From an uncultured Nitrososphaerales archaeon (GTDB taxonomy: Archaea; Thermoproteota; Nitrososphaeria; Nitrososphaerales; Nitrososphaeraceae), in NCBI GenBank assembly GCA_963709405.1, contig CAVPXM010000031.1:1-39853 (forward strand): a DNA stretch of 39,853 nucleotides. The letters are read 5' to 3'. The notes under the pieces are model-generated. The model worked only from the letters and a program-made list of their open reading frames with translations. It ran no database searches and had not been told where the DNA came from. Position numbers and translations under genes: made by a program. Shown in pieces: positions 22,479-33,709 of this stretch; positions within the stretch are counted from its first letter, which is position 1, and the number at the start of each line of letters is the position of its first letter.

Positions 22479-23744
22479 TCATCTACTATTCTTGATAGGC
22501 GTCCGTCCTATCTCTTTTGCCAGTGCTTCTCCTACTTTTTCATCAACATTTGACATTAGTGCAAATTCAATCGGATCTACTTTATTATCTATCATGATCT
22601 TAATTAGATAAGGCAGATATGCTCCACCAAATGTACTCCTTGACGTATGAGCCTTTTGAGCCAAACTGGAAAGAACGTTTTTCATTGATTGACCTCTCGC
22701 AAGAATAGGTCCCATTACTGGCCATATCATTCCATATTGATTATACTTTATTCCCTTATTGTGTGAGTTTTCGTATAAGCCGTAGGATATTATATCGTTA
22801 AGATATTTCAGAAGACTCCATTGTCTATTTCGTCCGGCCCTTCCAACTATCATGTCAGCTTGAGAGAGAACATCAAGCAGCGCAGCCATACTCTTATTGT
22901 CAACTCGCCTAGACGAAGAGACTATGCTTGAAAAAAATGCGTTTATTATATCCTTTCTTCTTTCTTCTGTTGACATACCGAATCTGGGATCAGCATACGT
23001 TCCATTAGTATGTGATAAGAATGATTTGCCCTTTTCAATTGAATCTGAGGAAAAATAACCATTTATTGCGTTTGCGATGTCAATTTCAGCAGTATCTTCC
23101 CTGGTCGCATTATATCCAGCGAGTTTTGATTGTGCAATATTTAATAATGATCTAATGTCCCCATGACTATTTGATACTATTGAAATTTTTTCTTCCAAAC
23201 TCAATTTCTTATTCTCAACTCTTAAAATATATTCCAAAAACACCAGAAGTAGTCTAGGAGGAATAATCTTGAATTCTATCGCCCTACATACTTTCGCTAG
23301 ATCTTTAATCTTGCTATTCTTAGAGTTAGCTGCAATAATTACAGGTATAGTTGGCTCCTTCAGTATTTTTGTTAAATATTCTAATCCACCTGTGTCTTGT
23401 CTACTTGATATCCCGTCAATCTCATCCAAAAAAAGTAACATAGATTTTCTGAGTATGCTAGTGTTGTTAAGTATCGGGATAATTCTCCTCTCTAGATCAT
23501 CCTTGGCTCTCGTATCACTTGCATTCATTTCTATCAAATCATAATTAAATTGTTGAGCTAATGCATGTACTAGTGATGTTTTTCCAGTTCCAGGAGGACC
23601 AATCAAAAGCAAAGGCTTACTTCCATTAATCCAATGTGTAAGCCATTTTACTACAGCTAATCTGGCATCCTCATTACCTATCATGTCTTCTACTTTCTTT
23701 GGTCTATATTCTCTAGCCCACATCGTATCTGATACAGTTAGCAA
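22479..23744 (-). CDS. rfcL: replication factor C large subunit
   Basis: MWAREYRP, GPPGTGKT, EMNASDTR, FLDEIDG, GDIRSLLN; intact; true start probably the ATG near 23723. Confidence 0.92.
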   Translation of the reverse strand: MLTVSDTMWAREYRPKKVEDMIGNEDARLAVVKWLTHWINGSKPLLLIGPPGTGKTSLVHALAQQFNYDLIEMNASDTRAKDDLERRIIPILNNTSILRKSMLLFLDEIDGISSRQDTGGLEYLTKILKEPTIPVIIAANSKNSKIKDLAKVCRAIEFKIIPPRLLLVFLEYILRVENKKLSLEEKISIVSNSHGDIRSLLNIAQSKLAGYNATREDTAEIDIANAINGYFSSDSIEKGKSFLSHTNGTYADPRFGMSTEERRKDIINAFFSSIVSSSRRVDNKSMAALLDVLSQADMIVGRAGRNRQWSLLKYLNDIISYGLYENSHNKGIKYNQYGMIWPVMGPILARGQSMKNVLSSLAQKAHTSRSTFGGAYLPYLIKIMIDNKVDPIEFALMSNVDEKVGEALAKEIGRTPIKNSR

Positions 23745-24285
23745 TTATTTCATTATTAAATAAAACGTTCAGAAAAATTTTATCAGTGGACTTACAACCC
23801 CTTTATGGAGAATTGAGACTAATATTTTGAAGAGTTTGGTACATATCAAGCGGCACAGGATCTTTACAAATTAGTATCAAGATACTGAGTAAATCACATT
23901 TTGATGGTCTGAAGATCTATTTATCATGATCCGTAAGTTATGGCAATCCTTGTCAAATATAGGACGTTAAATTCACACAAGAATGTGTTCAATAAAGGAG
24001 AGACATAACCGAAAGTTCGATAAGAGTTAAATCAATGACCAAATGTCTTCATAAATACAAGATAAATGCAAAAAAGATTCATAGCAAGTGTTTTGTAGAT
24101 GATAATAAGCCATTGATGATTCTCAATTCATTATGGTGAACATTTACATTAACATATATAACTGCACGACGATTATCATATTATTGATTGATGCAGATGT
24201 CACTGGGATTATTTTAAATGCTGAACAAAAAGAAACAGATATTTTTCTGTTATTCGAATATGTGATATGATATATTGATCATGAT

Positions 24286-25474
24286 ATGAAAAATATGATT
24301 CACGACAATTTTAAATATGTAATACTTACTTTAATAATTACGATATTTTGTTTTAGCATAGCAGTAGGTAGTTATCATTTTATCCTCATTCTAGATCCTG
24401 TATTTGCACAAACATTGAGTGACGATAACAAATGGTAGCATCGTAGATATACGGGATCGAGAATTAGCACCATCTCATATTATAGCTAAAGAAAAACTAC
24501 CTAGCGTAAAGATCACTTCTCTCAGTAAGGGACAGCAAGTTTCAGCTGGAGAACTCGAGATTTTTGGAACCTCTTCTGATACTATGACTACTAAATGCGA
24601 TGTTTCGGTTATCTTAAATGGGATCAAACCGTATCAACATGTGATTCCGAATGGGCAAGGTGACACTGGCGATTTTTCTAAATGGAGTTATTCATTTACG
24701 CCTCATTATAGTATTATTAATAAAGGAATGAATAAGATAACCTCTAAAATATCTTGTTCGGATGAATTTGGAACAGATCTTACAAAATTTAATAGTGTTG
24801 AAGTGATTGGCACATCAAATAATTCTCAATCTTTTGACCAGGGATTGCTGAAATTAGAACCGACAAAGGTGGTAAACAGGACAACACAATCATCCACAAC
24901 TAGCACAGCCGCAACAAATGAACCCAAACGATCTATTCCTGAATCAGAAACAGAAGACAATGATATAGATCATAAATCAATTTTGCATACAAATGCAGAT
25001 ATTAATAATCCAAATTCAAAATCATTATTTGTTTCTTTTAATATCGACCGGGATCCAGTTATACGGGGACATGAACAAACTATTATAGTCACACTATATG
25101 ATTCCGATACAAATGCAAGAATCGTGGGTGCGAAGGTCACTGGTCAGATCACTGATACTTATGACTCAGTCAAGAAGGAATTTGAAGGAGTTACTGATAA
25201 TACTGGGGAGCTTTCGTACTCTTGGAAGATACCAGAAACCGGTAAGTCAACTGCCGATTATAAAGTAAAAGTAGGTGCAGTTGCAACTGGATATCCCTAT
25301 AAACTATATACTACTGTTTTCAAAGTACGGGATGGCCATAATTCAGATACTCCCTTTATTCTAGCACAAGCCAACAGTAAATTCAATGATGGATTGGTTG
25401 ATAGCATAAATGATTTTACACAAGGTATGTTGGATAGTGTCAAGCAAAAGCTCAATAATACTCGTAATGGATAA
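24286..25474 (+). CDS. secreted/surface protein with Ig-like domains; signal peptide separated by a frameshift near 24430
   Basis: MKNMIHDNFKYVILTLIITIFCFSIAV...PVFAQ, then VKITSLSKGQQV...GTSSD and a GVTDNTGELSYSWKI beta-rich domain. Confidence 0.65.
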
Positions 25475-25743
25475 TTTCCAAAGTATTCCAAACATGTATT
25501 AGTATTGATATTTTATTTGGATATCCAGTCACTTTGCCCTCATTTTAATTTTATACAATACCAGTCTGCAATAATAATTTATATGTACTATAAAAAATGG
25601 TCTTCGATATAAATTGGTAGTTCAATCGTCGATTTTTACTATCTATTAATCTTGAGACCAATAATTAGAAATTGCATTTTTTTATTTGGTCGATTTCGTA
25701 AGCAAGTGTATTAACTGAATCAAATTACAGGCAATTTGGATAT

Positions 25744-26589
25744 TCAATCGATTATTATATTTGATAAATTCGTCTTCGGTTTTGGAAACCTTAGATTCAT
25801 ACCTCGAAGATTATTAACAATAATATACGCTACAGCGAAATTTCTGAACCATTTCGTATTTGCTGGAATTATATACCAAGGTGCCCATTTAGTACTGCAT
25901 TCACTGAGCACGTTTTCGTGTGCTTGTATATACTGATCCCAATGTTTGCGTTCAAGTGTATCATTTTCAGAGAATTTCCACTGTTTTGTTGGGTCGTTGA
26001 GCCGTTCTTGAAGTCTCTTTTTTTGCTCGTCTTTACTTATATGTAAGAATAACTTAACGATATTGATGTCATTTTCAACTAGATATCTCTCAAAATCATT
26101 AATCTGTTTATATCTTTTATGACAAGTACTCTTTGATATCATCTTGTGTACCGATACCTCTATTACATCTTCATAGTATGAGCGATTGAATATTCCTACT
26201 TGACCTTTTGCTGGAATATTTCTATGTGCACGCCATAAGTAGTCATGAGATAATTCGTCACAATCTGGGGCCTTAAAGGAAATAACTTTGCAACTTTGTG
26301 GATTGAATGCGCCCATGACATGTCTTATTGTGCTGTCTTTACCGGAAGTATCAATTCCTTGAAGGATTATTAATAGTGCTTTACTTTTGTCTGCAAACAG
26401 CTTGTATTGCAAACTAGACATCTGATTCATAAATTCATTTAATAAATCCTGAGTATATTCTTGATTAATTTCTGCAGTATAGTCAGGATTCCAATTCTTA
26501 AGCTTTATTATAGTACTGTGTCTAACCATTAGCCTTTTAATCATATTTATTTTTGTATTTTCGCTCATAGATAGAACAATAAGTAACAC
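25744..26589 (-). CDS. ppk2: polyphosphate kinase 2 family protein
   Basis: LQGIDTSGKDSTIRHV, HDYLWR, FNRSYYEDV, LHISKDEQKKRL, APWYIIPANTKWFRN. Confidence 0.93.
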   Translation of the reverse strand: MLLIVLSMSENTKINMIKRLMVRHSTIIKLKNWNPDYTAEINQEYTQDLLNEFMNQMSSLQYKLFADKSKALLIILQGIDTSGKDSTIRHVMGAFNPQSCKVISFKAPDCDELSHDYLWRAHRNIPAKGQVGIFNRSYYEDVIEVSVHKMISKSTCHKRYKQINDFERYLVENDINIVKLFLHISKDEQKKRLQERLNDPTKQWKFSENDTLERKHWDQYIQAHENVLSECSTKWAPWYIIPANTKWFRNFAVAYIIVNNLRGMNLRFPKPKTNLSNIIID

Positions 26590-27332
26590 AAGTTAAATAT
26601 CTAGCATTAACATCGATCTGTTTAATTTTCTACATCATGATCACAAGTACATTATTTTGATTTCTACAATTAATCGAAGATGCCTAACCATTCGGAATTT
26701 TCTAGAATGAGAGGATAAAATGGTCCTTGCCATGCTGAATAACTCCATCCGGAGTAGCCAATATGATATTGCAAATATAATGACGTAGGCTATAACTACG
26801 TCGTTTTGGATAGAGATTTTGAATCTTTTATACATTAATTGTCACTTTATATTTTGTTGCTGCTATCTTGTAAACTGTTAAGCCATATAATTTGGCATTC
26901 TCATTGATATATTGTAATAATATAAGCTGCAGTAATAATCAATTTAATAACCAGTGTGGTAAAAGCATATCCTGTTCGTTTCTTTTCAATCAAATCAAAT
27001 CATGTTAATAAAGTACGTCATCTTAAAATTTAGACTAATTAAGTTTATCTCAAAACATATCGACTTGGAATAATTTGTATGTATTTGAGTGATATGAAAG
27101 ATGCATTACTATCAAGAATTTTGAACAGCATGAATACATCTTATGCATTTTTATAGATGACATCTACATATTGCAGTAGTAATACTATGAATACAATAGC
27201 ATCATATATCAAATGCATGTATTCTACAAAGCCGAAAAGATCTTATTAATAAAATATGTGAGATGGAGCTATAGATACGGATATGAATACCGTTCTAAGA
27301 GACAATAATACAGAACTAGAAGCGTTCTCAAA

Positions 27333-27703
27333 TTAATACCTAGCCAGATTTTGATCTACCGATACAAGGTCAACTTCCGTCCCATTAGTTATTGCTTTTT
27401 TGATTATTCTCTTTGTATCATTAGTGAGAAATTCACCATATTTTACATTGATGAACTCTTCTGGATGTCTGCTTCTTAGTTCATTTAGTGCATTTCCTAT
27501 CAGAATTTCCCATCTACCTTTTTGACTTAGATCGGTAAGCACAGTCGATAGTGTTACGGTTTCCTTATGAACGATTGGAGATTGTAAGGTGGTGACATTG
27601 GTCTCACCAACTAATGTCCCCGAGACCAGTCGACTAAAATCATAATGAGGAAAATCCCGAGAGCAGTTTTATTGAATTCAGTAGATATGCGAAATTTCAT
27701 CAT
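27333..27703 (-). pseudogene. N-terminal remnant of an extracellular solute-binding protein
   Basis: Signal-like N-terminus; ALNELRSRHP; VDLVSVDQ followed by IWLG in the next frame; then truncated. Confidence 0.55.
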
Positions 27704-27950
27704 ATTCGAATATGGATAATACTTTCTTAAATATTTCAGACATATTACTCCACTACTTAGTTTGTGAGTATACTCTACTTCTTCCTACTGCTCCACCGAT
27801 GAAAATTGGAATGTTTAATAAGAAATTGAAATATGGTTGCATCGAGATAAGATTTAATGACATTTCCTTTCTTAGACGAGCTTTCCTCTTCATCAACGGG
27901 AATACAAATGGGTTTTGCAGATGAATTTCATTAGCTTGTTAATCTATCTT

Positions 27951-28424
27951 TTACTTTACTATCATTACGGGACAATGTGAATAGTGTAGTATATCGGATG
28001 CGACACTTCCGATTAGCATTCTTTTAAGACCTGATCTTCCCCTGGTACCAACTACTATCAAATCTACTTTCTCTTTTTCGGCATAATTTACTATTGCTCC
28101 TCCTATCCTTGATACAACATCTTCAATGATTTCCGATTTAAATTGAGGAACATTATTTTCTTTGGATAGTTCATCTAGCTTATTCAACCATTTCTTGGCT
28201 TCTTGTCTTTTCTCTTCTAATTCCTTTGAGCCATAAGAAGGTGCGGTGACGAAAAAAGAATAATTCAATCTGCCTAGATCTATTATTGTTATTCCGATTA
28301 GCAGCACATCTTTATTGTTGGCATTTTTAGTCATTGCAATCGCATACTCTGCAGCTCTCATAGAGGTTTCAGAGCCATCGATTGCAACCATAATCTTAAA
28401 GCTTCTTTGAATATTTGCAGACAT
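27951..28424 (-). CDS. universal stress protein (UspA family)
   Basis: IMVAIDGSETSMRAAEYA; DLIVVGTRGRSGLKRMLIGSVASDILHYSHCPVMIVK. Confidence 0.95.
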   Translation of the reverse strand: MSANIQRSFKIMVAIDGSETSMRAAEYAIAMTKNANNKDVLLIGITIIDLGRLNYSFFVTAPSYGSKELEEKRQEAKKWLNKLDELSKENNVPQFKSEIIEDVVSRIGGAIVNYAEKEKVDLIVVGTRGRSGLKRMLIGSVASDILHYSHCPVMIVK

Positions 28425-28547
28425 ATATCTATCATATAATATAGTGTAACTTTAGTTTTTCAATTTTGAATCAATTTAAAATTTTAAATTTAACTTTCAT
28501 AATGCATCTTTATTGCTATACACGTGTTCAATACTGTTTTTATCATC

Positions 28548-28583
28548 TTAGACTCTTACCATACATTAGACTCGTACCATACA
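28548..28583. repeat. 18-bp tandem repeat, one mismatch
   Basis: ttagactcttaccataca / ttagactcgtaccataca. Confidence 0.85.
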
Positions 28584-28634
28584 TAATTTCTTTATAATTT
28601 TTGATTATCAATTAGAATGAATTAATATTGTATA

Positions 28635-28865
28635 TTAAGACCGATTTATAACCTTTTTACCAGGATTCATAATAGACTTGGGATCGAATATTTTTTTGAT
28701 TTGTTCAAAAATTGAAACTACAAGTGAGCCATACATTAATTTGATGTATTTAGTTCTGGCTATACCGTCACGGTGTTCCCCAGTTATTGTTCCGCCATAC
28801 TTGATGACTTTTGTAAAAACTTCCTCTGCTAGAAGAGCTAACTTTCTGAATTTTGTATTTATCAA
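28635..28865 (-). pseudogene. FAD-linked oxidase (GlcD-like) C-terminal remnant
   Basis: GGTITGEHRDGIAR (GEHGDG motif altered) and IKKIFDPKSIMNPGK; the rest of the gene is missing. Confidence 0.8.
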
Positions 28866-29042
28866 TTTGTCGATCTATAGTCTTTTAGAGCACGAAAGAT
28901 GGATCTACGTAGTACATAATCGGATCGGATTATTGTTATCATCATTTTATTGTACTTCTTCTAAATAGATAATAATGGTATTATGATCCCATCAATCTAG
29001 TTCGTTATTCATTTGATCTTATACTATGTTATGTTTTATTAG

Positions 29043-29381
29043 TTATGTAGATAGTTGAGTCTGTGATTGTGATTGGGATTGCGATTGTGAACCAGTAGTG
29101 CCACCGTCACCTGATCCGCTCTGACTATTGTCATTACTATTAGCATTCGTTGAAGCATCCCATCCTGCAGCATACCCATCTCTATAATTTGAGCAGTATT
29201 CACTACTATGATCACCTGGACAACTTGGATCGTATCCATGTCCATTACATGATACCGCGTCACATGATGCGTCATTGTATCCTTTGCTATATGCGCCGCC
29301 TTGTGCGTATACACTCGTCGGCAAGATTGACATACCTAACGCCAACATACTAATGACTGATATTGCAATGATTGTCTTCAT
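29043..29381 (-). CDS. small secreted Cys-rich protein, type A, with SQ-repeat tail
   Basis: Signal ...SVYAQ; AYSKGYNDASCD...GYDPSCPGDHSSEYCSNYRDGYAAGW; SQSQSQSQSQ. Confidence 0.75.
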   Translation of the reverse strand: MKTIIAISVISMLALGMSILPTSVYAQGGAYSKGYNDASCDAVSCNGHGYDPSCPGDHSSEYCSNYRDGYAAGWDASTNANSNDNSQSGSGDGGTTGSQSQSQSQSQTQLST

Positions 29382-29418
29382 TGAACTACATACCTACCAT
29401 TCTTTATACTCGCCAAGC

Positions 29419-29713
29419 CTAGCCTGCGTCCTCCGCACTATTACATATATCTCGTGTGTTACCATCTACTGATAGGCATCCTTTCATAAATCCATGTTCA
29501 TAGGATGATCCACATGTATCGAATTCCGTCTGACTGAATTGACTATCTCTTCCGTCGTCTTTTCCAGCTTGGAAGCATCGATCAGGATTATTTATCCCGT
29601 CATCACTGCTCTTCTTTGCACTCATGTTTCCTGCCGGCGATCCTAGAACTAATATTAATATTACTGACCATCATGACTGTTGTCATTACGATAGTTGATT
29701 TGGCCTTGCTCAA
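29419..29713 (-). CDS. small secreted Cys-rich protein, type B, frameshift in the signal region
   Basis: TTG start MSKAKSTIVMTTVMMV.. then ILILVLGSPAG; RCFQAGKDDG...CGSSYEHGFMKGCLSVDGNTRDICNSAED. Confidence 0.7.
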
Positions 29714-29752
29714 CCTGTCACAATTGTAGTTGACCGATATTATTGAACATTG

Positions 29753-29779
29753 TGCTTATTCTTTATAGAAGAAGATTCT
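29753..29779 (-). promoter_or_regulatory. conserved 27-bp upstream motif, copy 1
   Basis: AGAATCTTCTTCTATAAAGAATAAGCA on the minus strand, 40 bp upstream of the start at 29713. Confidence 0.65.
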
Positions 29780-29948
29780 AATTTATATGGAATAGTAACA
29801 AAATGCCATTTCATTTATGATTTAAATCAAGGCATGTAACTACAACGTGGAACATGGTTCAATAACGTCATGATGCATGATGTTATGTTCTATCAATGAT
29901 TCTCTAACCATGAATGTTTTACCGCACTTCTCACATCTATACACCGTT

Positions 29949-30134
29949 TTACGCATCCTCCGCCAAGTTGCACACTTCCTTATCGTTGCCCACTACCGAT
30001 AGACAGCCAGCCATGAAGCCTTTTTGGTAAGCATCGCCACAGGTTGGCGAATCTGTCTTGACTAAAGGGCCCGTTACGACCCGTTTCATATCCTTTGTTA
30101 CTACCGTTGAAATATAGGCAAATCTGTTTACCAC
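29949..30134 (-). pseudogene. paralog of the type B secreted protein with an internal deletion and frameshifts
   Basis: CGDAYQKGFMAGCLSVVGNDKEVCNLAEDA* aligns with the C-terminus of 29419-29713. Confidence 0.7.
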
Positions 30135-30173
30135 ACCTAAATACATAGTATTGACGCTAGTAATTGAATTTAC

Positions 30174-30200
30174 TGCATATTCCATATAGAAGAAGATTCT
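30174..30200 (-). promoter_or_regulatory. conserved 27-bp upstream motif, copy 2
   Basis: AGAATCTTCTTCTATATGGAATATGCA, 40 bp upstream of the GTG at 30134. Confidence 0.65.
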
Positions 30201-30604
30201 GATTGTAATGGTGCAGAATACTGTTTAAGGATCTACAAGTATAACCCAGATATGCAGCAACTTATGGATATTTTCCACAGTACAGAGATTTCGTCTGTGG
30301 CGTCATCAATAGAATCCGCCAAAAAAGCAAACAGCATTTGCACTAGATACTCTATGCCCTCCAGGTCATGAAAGTCACTGCACTCCAGCAAGTGGAGTTT
30401 ACCACGATTACGATCCTGAAACCGGGAAGGACGTTCAATATCAATACTGGCTGCTGTAATGACGATGGGACGTGTTAAGGCGTAAAGGATAGAATACGAG
30501 AACAACCACGTTCCTTTTTTATTTAATATCCTCTTAACTCATCAGTCTGCTGATCCTATATCAAATATTTTTATTAGCAGCAGTTAGTTAAAAAATTGTT
30601 ATAT

Positions 30605-31411
30605 CTAACTATCTATAAATAGTAAAAGAGTGAGATGTGAGAATGAAATTATCCATTGTGCTTGGAATATTAGGTACAATAGTAATAGGATTGCAAATAG
30701 GAATTCATGCTGCATGTGCATTGGAGATAGGACTCTCTCTAATACTACCTTCTCTTGAGATGTGAGTGCACGATGATCCGATGTTACTAAAGTGTCACAT
30801 GGTGCCAGTCCTTCATAATAGACATCAGATGATTCTCCAGATGAGCGTGTCTGGCTTGGCTCCTGTTGTCGTGATGAAACCTCGAATGTGGACATTGACT
30901 TATTTGCTCGCTCAATAGAAGTATCGTTTACGTCATATCCATCATCTGGCGTCTTAACTACTTTGCCGTAACACTGCAACTCAGTCAAATATTGTGGGCA
31001 ATATGTATAACCTTCGTCATCTTGCGCATCGGCGGGGTTTACTCCAAAAAATGGCAACATCAGTTGCTCTATGGTGGGCCCCTGATAGTTTCTTGATCCA
31101 AAGTTATCACAAAGTGTAACGTTTGGATAAATCAGACGTTGAATACAAGAATGAAATGATGCATTGACTGGTACTGAGTTAAACGTGAAGATGTTTGATT
31201 CAATGGAATTTGACCCATTCTCAGGTTTGAGGTTATCCAAGTTTTGGCAGATGGTTTGTGGGTATCCTTCTGAGACGGTTGTACATATTCTAGTATTTGC
31301 TGTTTCGTCAGTGATATTCCCTTTAAGGATAATTATATTGAACATCTTTAAGGTTTCTACTGCCGATGGCGCCATTATACTATAAGCGACGAGCCGTGGT
31401 CGTATTAGCAT
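30605..31411 (-). CDS. putative secreted Cys-containing protein, both ends degraded
   Basis: Hydrophobic N-region just upstream of the ORF; paired Cys; PCDTLVTSDHRALTS resembles the motif in 35461-35837. Confidence 0.5.
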   Translation of the reverse strand: MLIRPRLVAYSIMAPSAVETLKMFNIIILKGNITDETANTRICTTVSEGYPQTICQNLDNLKPENGSNSIESNIFTFNSVPVNASFHSCIQRLIYPNVTLCDNFGSRNYQGPTIEQLMLPFFGVNPADAQDDEGYTYCPQYLTELQCYGKVVKTPDDGYDVNDTSIERANKSMSTFEVSSRQQEPSQTRSSGESSDVYYEGLAPCDTLVTSDHRALTSQEKVVLERVLSPMHMQHEFLFAILLLLYLIFQAQWIISFSHLTLLLFIDS

Positions 31412-31609
31412 AATGATGCCGACAGCAGGGAAAACTGGGATTGCGAATAATGATGACTCAGATAATGCGATTTATAGACAATCCATCTCATCTTGAATTT
31501 ATCTAAATCTGAATAAGTCTAACAAGAAGGTTATTCATTTACTTAAAAAAGGAGTATCATCTATAGGTGCACAGCCTGCCTCAGCTAGCCTGGATATTGG
31601 CTATTTAAT

Positions 31610-32064
31610 TCACTTAGAACAAATTGCCTGGCCTAATAGACCTAAAAGTGGATGACCGGTGCCAGTAAGTAATCCAGGCCCGACTCCGCATAGCAAGGTA
31701 TGTTTCTGGCCAAAGCTTTTTGAAGAGCCTGTATCACCTCCGCTATTGTCTGGATTTGAATTTGAATTTGAATTATCAGAAGAAGAATCTGAATTATCGT
31801 TATTATTTGAATTACCCGAGCACGCGTCAAATCCGTCGTTATATGCCTGCATAAATGCATCACTATGGAAACCTGATCCCTTTTCTGGTTGGTTAATGTA
31901 TCTTTCAGAGGGGTCAGAAATTTGAGCATCTGAACACCCATGGTTATATCCAGACGTATGTGTAGGCAGCAGTAGATCGGTTGTCCTAACTGGACTGAGC
32001 ATAGTAAGCATTGTTAGAATCCCTAACGGAATACTAAATGTCAAACATATTTTCTGTTACTCAT
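31610..32064 (-). CDS. small secreted protein, type C, with N/S-rich linker and Cys-bounded Gly/Leu tail
   Basis: ATG at 32064 (frameshift after about 6 codons); SGYNHGCSDAQISDPSERYINQPEKG...AYNDGFDAC; tail LCGVGPGLLTGTGHPLLGLLGQAIC. Confidence 0.7.
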
Positions 32065-32097
32065 GTTTATACTATAGTAAGTTCTATAATAACAATA

Positions 32098-32124
32098 TAC
32101 TTATTCTTTTAAGAAGAAGATTCT
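32098..32124 (-). promoter_or_regulatory. conserved 27-bp upstream motif, copy 3
   Basis: AGAATCTTCTTCTTAAAAGAATAAGTA, 34 bp upstream of the ATG at 32064. Confidence 0.65.
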
Positions 32125-32449
32125 GAAAAAATATATATCACATTTTTCTGTTCTGTTGAACAGACCGAAAATTGGTAGTCAATTTAGGGTGTGTAACCAC
32201 AATGTGGAACAGTGTTCGACAAGTAATTCTACATACTTGCTGTTTTCGCTCAATTGAATTTTACCCACTTAATATCAGTTGATAGTTGCTGTTTCGTATA
32301 GCTCTTCTATGAACAAGGGATCTATATGCGATTCATGGCGTGCGCACGTAATTCTGCATTGCATGATAATGACCCAGGACTATTACAGCCGCCCAGGAAA
32401 TAGACATGTTCTTAAATATATCATAACCATTAATTTACCGCACTTACAT

Positions 32450-33156
32450 ATGCCATTTGGATTTGGCAGCAGCAATAAAAAGAATACCGATCTATTTACT
32501 ACAAATATAAAGGATAGAGAAGAGCTTTCTGAGATAAATAAAATTGCTGAAATGTTAAATCCTGATGAACAAGGTCCTACTTGTTGCAAAACAATCTAGA
32601 ATAAAACCTGGAGGATCTTACATGACGCCAAATATAGTATATGCTACAGACAGGAGGATAATCATAAGAGATCCATACATGATAGGACTTAAAGAAAATA
32701 TTGTGGATATTCCATATGATATTATTACAAGCGTCAAACTTGAGAAAAATATTTTGTCATCTACAATTAGATTCAAAGCTCCAGGGTTAGTCAGTTCTAC
32801 GAGATTAGGAATGATGGAAGAGATTATCGATGGACAGGAGGATGAAGAAGGTGGGAAAATCGAATCTATTCCAAAGAAAAAAGCTGAGGATTTAATTGAA
32901 ATAATAAGATCGGGAATGCAAAGTAGTAAAAAACCTCCTTCCTCTATATCCTCTAAACGAGAAGAATCATCAGTTCAAGTACAATCAGAAACTGTACACA
33001 CGGAAGAGGAGACCACTACTCAAACTCAATCAAATAGCCATTCAGTAACATCCATACACTGATGAGTTATCTAAACTTGCGAAGCTAAGGGATCAAGGAG
33101 TAATTACAGAAGCAGAATTTGTACAGATGAAAGGCAATCTAATAAAGAGAACGTAA
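32450..33156 (+). CDS. PH-domain (bacterial PH-like) protein with C-terminal SHOCT domain, two frameshifts
   Basis: MLNPDE/KVLLVAKQSRIKPGG..ATDRRIIIRDP..DIPYDIITSV; DELSKLAKLRDQGVITEAEFVQMKGNLI*. Confidence 0.8.
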
Positions 33157-33419
33157 GGGGGCGTGCATACACCAAGCAGTAAGTCGGACAACGTCGGTTT
33201 TCCATCAGATCCAGAATAATTTCGGAAAAAGTGTTTTCTATTACGATATGCGACCCCATATCAGATTATAAGTATTTTCGAAAATGAGACATTATCTGTA
33301 TAGACTTTGAGACATGGACATAATCACATAACCTATGTTGTCAGTCAGTCATGGGGGCGCGCCAGATGCCCCAGATACTCTAAAAAGAGAATAAAAAATG
33401 AGTCTATTCATTTCTCCAT

Positions 33420-33663
33420 TTAATGAAGTAGTTGTGCCGCAGTCCATCCTACACGATAGCCTAATTTGTAATCGAAGCAATAGGTATCAGAATGATCAAA
33501 GCCAAAAGTCATCAAAATTTCCTCCATTTCTATATGCATCTCTTGCATCCCAATAACCTTGGTTATATGCATCTAATCTAGCTGATGCGGCATTACCCTG
33601 CCACAAAGTTGCCAATACAAGAGTCATAACTAATGCTAGACTAATTACTACTAATTTTTTCAA
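33420..33663 (-). CDS. small secreted protein, type A paralog, frameshifted (not in ORF track)
   Basis: SD GAGGTGA, TTG start; MKKLVVISLALVMTLVLATLWQGNAASARLDAYNQGYWDA...DHSDTYCFDYKLGYRVGWTAAQLLH*. Confidence 0.7.
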
Positions 33664-33709
33664 TTCTTTCTATTCACCTCCGTAGAATCATTTGTACCTG
33701 CTGTACTAT

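Noticed and set aside
30233-30505. Minus-strand 90-aa ORF or a plus-strand fragment (QTAFALDTLCPPGHESHC)
   Set aside because: Neither reading has a convincing start or family signal
29753-32124. The 27-bp repeats as a CRISPR array
   Set aside because: Copies are about 420 and 1900 bp apart, separated by genes, and no cas genes are present
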